64,000 nucleotides of DNA from the sequence record LR756508.1. One strand, 5' to 3'. Below the pieces are notes generated by a model. It searched no databases. It was not told the DNA's origin and saw nothing but the letters and a program-made list of their open reading frames with translations. The position numbers were made by a program, and so were the translations under genes. Below, in pieces: positions 62,172 through 64,000 of the stretch (position 1 is its first letter; each line of letters starts with the position of its first letter).

Positions 62172-64000
62172 ATGAGTGATGATAAATATAGGGTGAAGAG
62201 GGTATGGCCTGAGGCTGTATTTTCAGGTTCATTGATCCAGCAAAACCATGGAGAATCTTTAGACCATGGTTATTACGAATGGGACTTGACGAAGAATCAT
62301 CCTGAATGCGAGTTTGAAAAATTAAACAACGAGTATGGTTTTTATACGCTTCACATAAACGATGGGGTAATTCCAGTAAGAGAAAATGTTCCTGAAAAAC
62401 CTCGGCTACGGTTAAAGGTTAAAAATACAAATCCAGCAGAACTCAAGAGAGTAAAAACTGACCTTAAACGTGTTTATGACGTTCAAGAAATAACTGTCAA
62501 TCGAGTAGCCTCTGGCACAAAAGAGTCGAACGATAGAAATTTCGAATTAGGAGATGTTACATCTACGAATTACCAGACAGACTTAATTGCCGATTATGTA
62601 AAGAGAAATTTTGCCGTTGATGACAGGCTTCTTTCTAAAATTCAAACAATAAACCAAAAATTAAACCAAGATCTTAATGAAAAAGACCTGGCAAAAAGTC
62701 TACGCTGGGAGCCGCTTGAATTTAAGTTTTCGAACATGTTTTCTTATGGAGAAGATAATGTTATTGACTTTTCTAAAATGGGCGGTATTATGGGGATTTT
62801 CGCAGAGAACGCGACGGGTAAGTCTTCCCTTTTTGGAGCACTTTGTTACTGTTTATTTGCCAAATCACCGAGGACATACAAGGCACAGAACGTATTAAAC
62901 ACTGCTAAAGAATCTTTTCGTTGTGCCCTAAAATTTAAAGTAGGAGACCAGAAATATATTATTGATCGAAATGCAGAAAAAAAGACAACGGGAAGAGTAG
63001 CGGAGTCTGTCGATTTCTATGAGATTCAAGATAATGGTGGAAAAAAGTCGTTAAATGCCAAGTCAAAGAGAAAGACTGATCAGAAAATTCGGAGGTATGT
63101 AGGCGAATATGATGAATTTATCCTCACAACCCTTTCTGTTCAGGATAATAATACGGTCTTTATTGATAAGTCTCAAAGCGAAAGGAAAGACGTATTAGCT
63201 CAGTTTATTGGGATCGATGTTTTTGATGAGCTTTATAAGCTTGCTAAAGATAAAAGCAGAGACTTGAAGGGGATTATAAAAGAATTTGAAAATGAAGATC
63301 TCTCATCCAAAGCTGCAGAAGCTGAAAAGTCTTATAAAGAATATAAAAACAGGTATCAAGAACTCAAAGAAGAAAAGAATACTTTAAATGAGGAAAAGTC
63401 TGAAAAGATGGACGAGATCCTTCAGCTAAACAAAAAACTTAAAGACGTTCCCGAAAAAGACCTTGACTTAGAACATCTAAAAGAAAAGAAAGAAGAAGTT
63501 ACTCAGAAAGTTGATAAGAAACGGGAAGATTTTGAGCACAAGAAAATTAAAAGAAAAGAAAAGCAGCAAGCGAAAGTAGGCTTAGAAAGTCTGGTTAAAA
63601 AGGTTGATGAAACTGAGCTGAAAGAAAAGTATGAAACCTACAAAGAAAAAGAAAATATTCTTGAAAACGTAGAGGGTGAGATTAGTCTTGTTGAAAATGA
63701 CCTTGACAAAAATAAGTCCTCGTATGATCATCTAAAAAACCATTCGGAGTTTGATCCTGAATGCGAATACTGTGTGGAAAGAAACAAAAGAGATGCTGAA
63801 AAATTGGAAGACCTAGAAGAAAAAATTAAAAACGACGAAGAAGAATTGGAGTCTCTAAAAGAAAAGAAGGATGAGTTGGAAGCCTTTTTTGAAAACAATG
63901 ATACGGAAAAAAAGTGGAGTAAATACCAGGACATCAAAGAGAGACTTGAGGAGCACGAGTCATATATTTCTCAAAAAGAGTATGAGATATCAAAAATTGA
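62172..64000 (+). CDS. SbcD C-terminal part fused to SbcC/Rad50 ATPase (partial, runs off the window)
   Basis: Open from ATG 62172 to the window end: FSGSLIQQNHGE, then FSNMFSYG, Walker A AENATGKSS, Q-loop LSVQD, long coiled coil, Zn hook CEYC. Confidence 0.88.
   Translation, partial: MSDDKYRVKRVWPEAVFSGSLIQQNHGESLDHGYYEWDLTKNHPECEFEKLNNEYGFYTLHINDGVIPVRENVPEKPRLRLKVKNTNPAELKRVKTDLKRVYDVQEITVNRVASGTKESNDRNFELGDVTSTNYQTDLIADYVKRNFAVDDRLLSKIQTINQKLNQDLNEKDLAKSLRWEPLEFKFSNMFSYGEDNVIDFSKMGGIMGIFAENATGKSSLFGALCYCLFAKSPRTYKAQNVLNTAKESFRCALKFKVGDQKYIIDRNAEKKTTGRVAESVDFYEIQDNGGKKSLNAKSKRKTDQKIRRYVGEYDEFILTTLSVQDNNTVFIDKSQSERKDVLAQFIGIDVFDELYKLAKDKSRDLKGIIKEFENEDLSSKAAEAEKSYKEYKNRYQELKEEKNTLNEEKSEKMDEILQLNKKLKDVPEKDLDLEHLKEKKEEVTQKVDKKREDFEHKKIKRKEKQQAKVGLESLVKKVDETELKEKYETYKEKENILENVEGEISLVENDLDKNKSSYDHLKNHSEFDPECEYCVERNKRDAEKLEDLEEKIKNDEEELESLKEKKDELEAFFENNDTEKKWSKYQDIKERLEEHESYISQKEYEISKI

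Noticed and set aside
61200-62200. Group I intron or intein explaining the SbcD split
   Set aside because: No non-coding space for P3-P7 helices, and no intein N-terminal Cys/Ser or C-terminal His-Asn in frame.
1-64000. Minus-strand and nested ORFs in the track
   Set aside because: All are shadows of strong + strand genes, with biased F/S/L-rich composition and no recognisable motifs.
1-64000. Genome-wide stop-codon reassignment (TGA or TAG)
   Set aside because: Conserved genes are full length in code 11 and both TGA and TAG end normal genes; only one internal TGA (14718) was seen.
1-64000. CRISPR array or Cas12f-type CRISPR locus near the tnpB genes
   Set aside because: No regularly spaced direct repeats were seen; the tnpB genes have IS200/IS605 ends instead.

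Overview
The window looks like 64 kb of a large T4-like (myovirus-type) phage genome. It is AT-rich, essentially all real genes are on the + strand, and it reads in the standard genetic code with many GTG/TTG and probably some ATT starts. Many proteins are acidic. The left 38 kb is accessory and dominated by RNA and translation maintenance: two RNA ligases, polynucleotide kinase/phosphatase, cyclic-phosphate receiver, Pth2, split TROVE/vWA-like gene, CCA-adding enzyme, a second nucleotidyltransferase, Thg1-like protein, peptide deformylase, tmRNA and five tRNAs. The right part has a gp55-like late sigma factor, baseplate/tail genes (spike, gp25-like, gp6-like), GroES, RuvC-like resolvase, primase and a split Mre11-Rad50 (SbcD-SbcC) fusion. 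There are three tnpB-only IS200/IS605 elements and four free-standing homing-type endonuclease genes, one of them disrupted. The most notable result is a ~216-nt minimal RNase P RNA (14013-14228) with a complete P1-P4 catalytic core but a much reduced specificity domain. It lies next to non-canonical 8/4-cloverleaf serine tRNAs (anticodons UGA, CGA, GGA), within what looks like a phage-encoded tRNA maturation and repair pathway. Other highlights are a tmRNA with a 36-aa tag, an unassigned ~320-nt structured RNA, armless tRNA/anticodon mimics, and a TnpB whose guide is an orphan DUF4326 gene fragment. Protein assignments come from motif recognition and RNA folds were done by hand; no database searches were run. 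The host is inferred to be a probably halophilic Bacteroidota/Rhodothermota-type bacterium.
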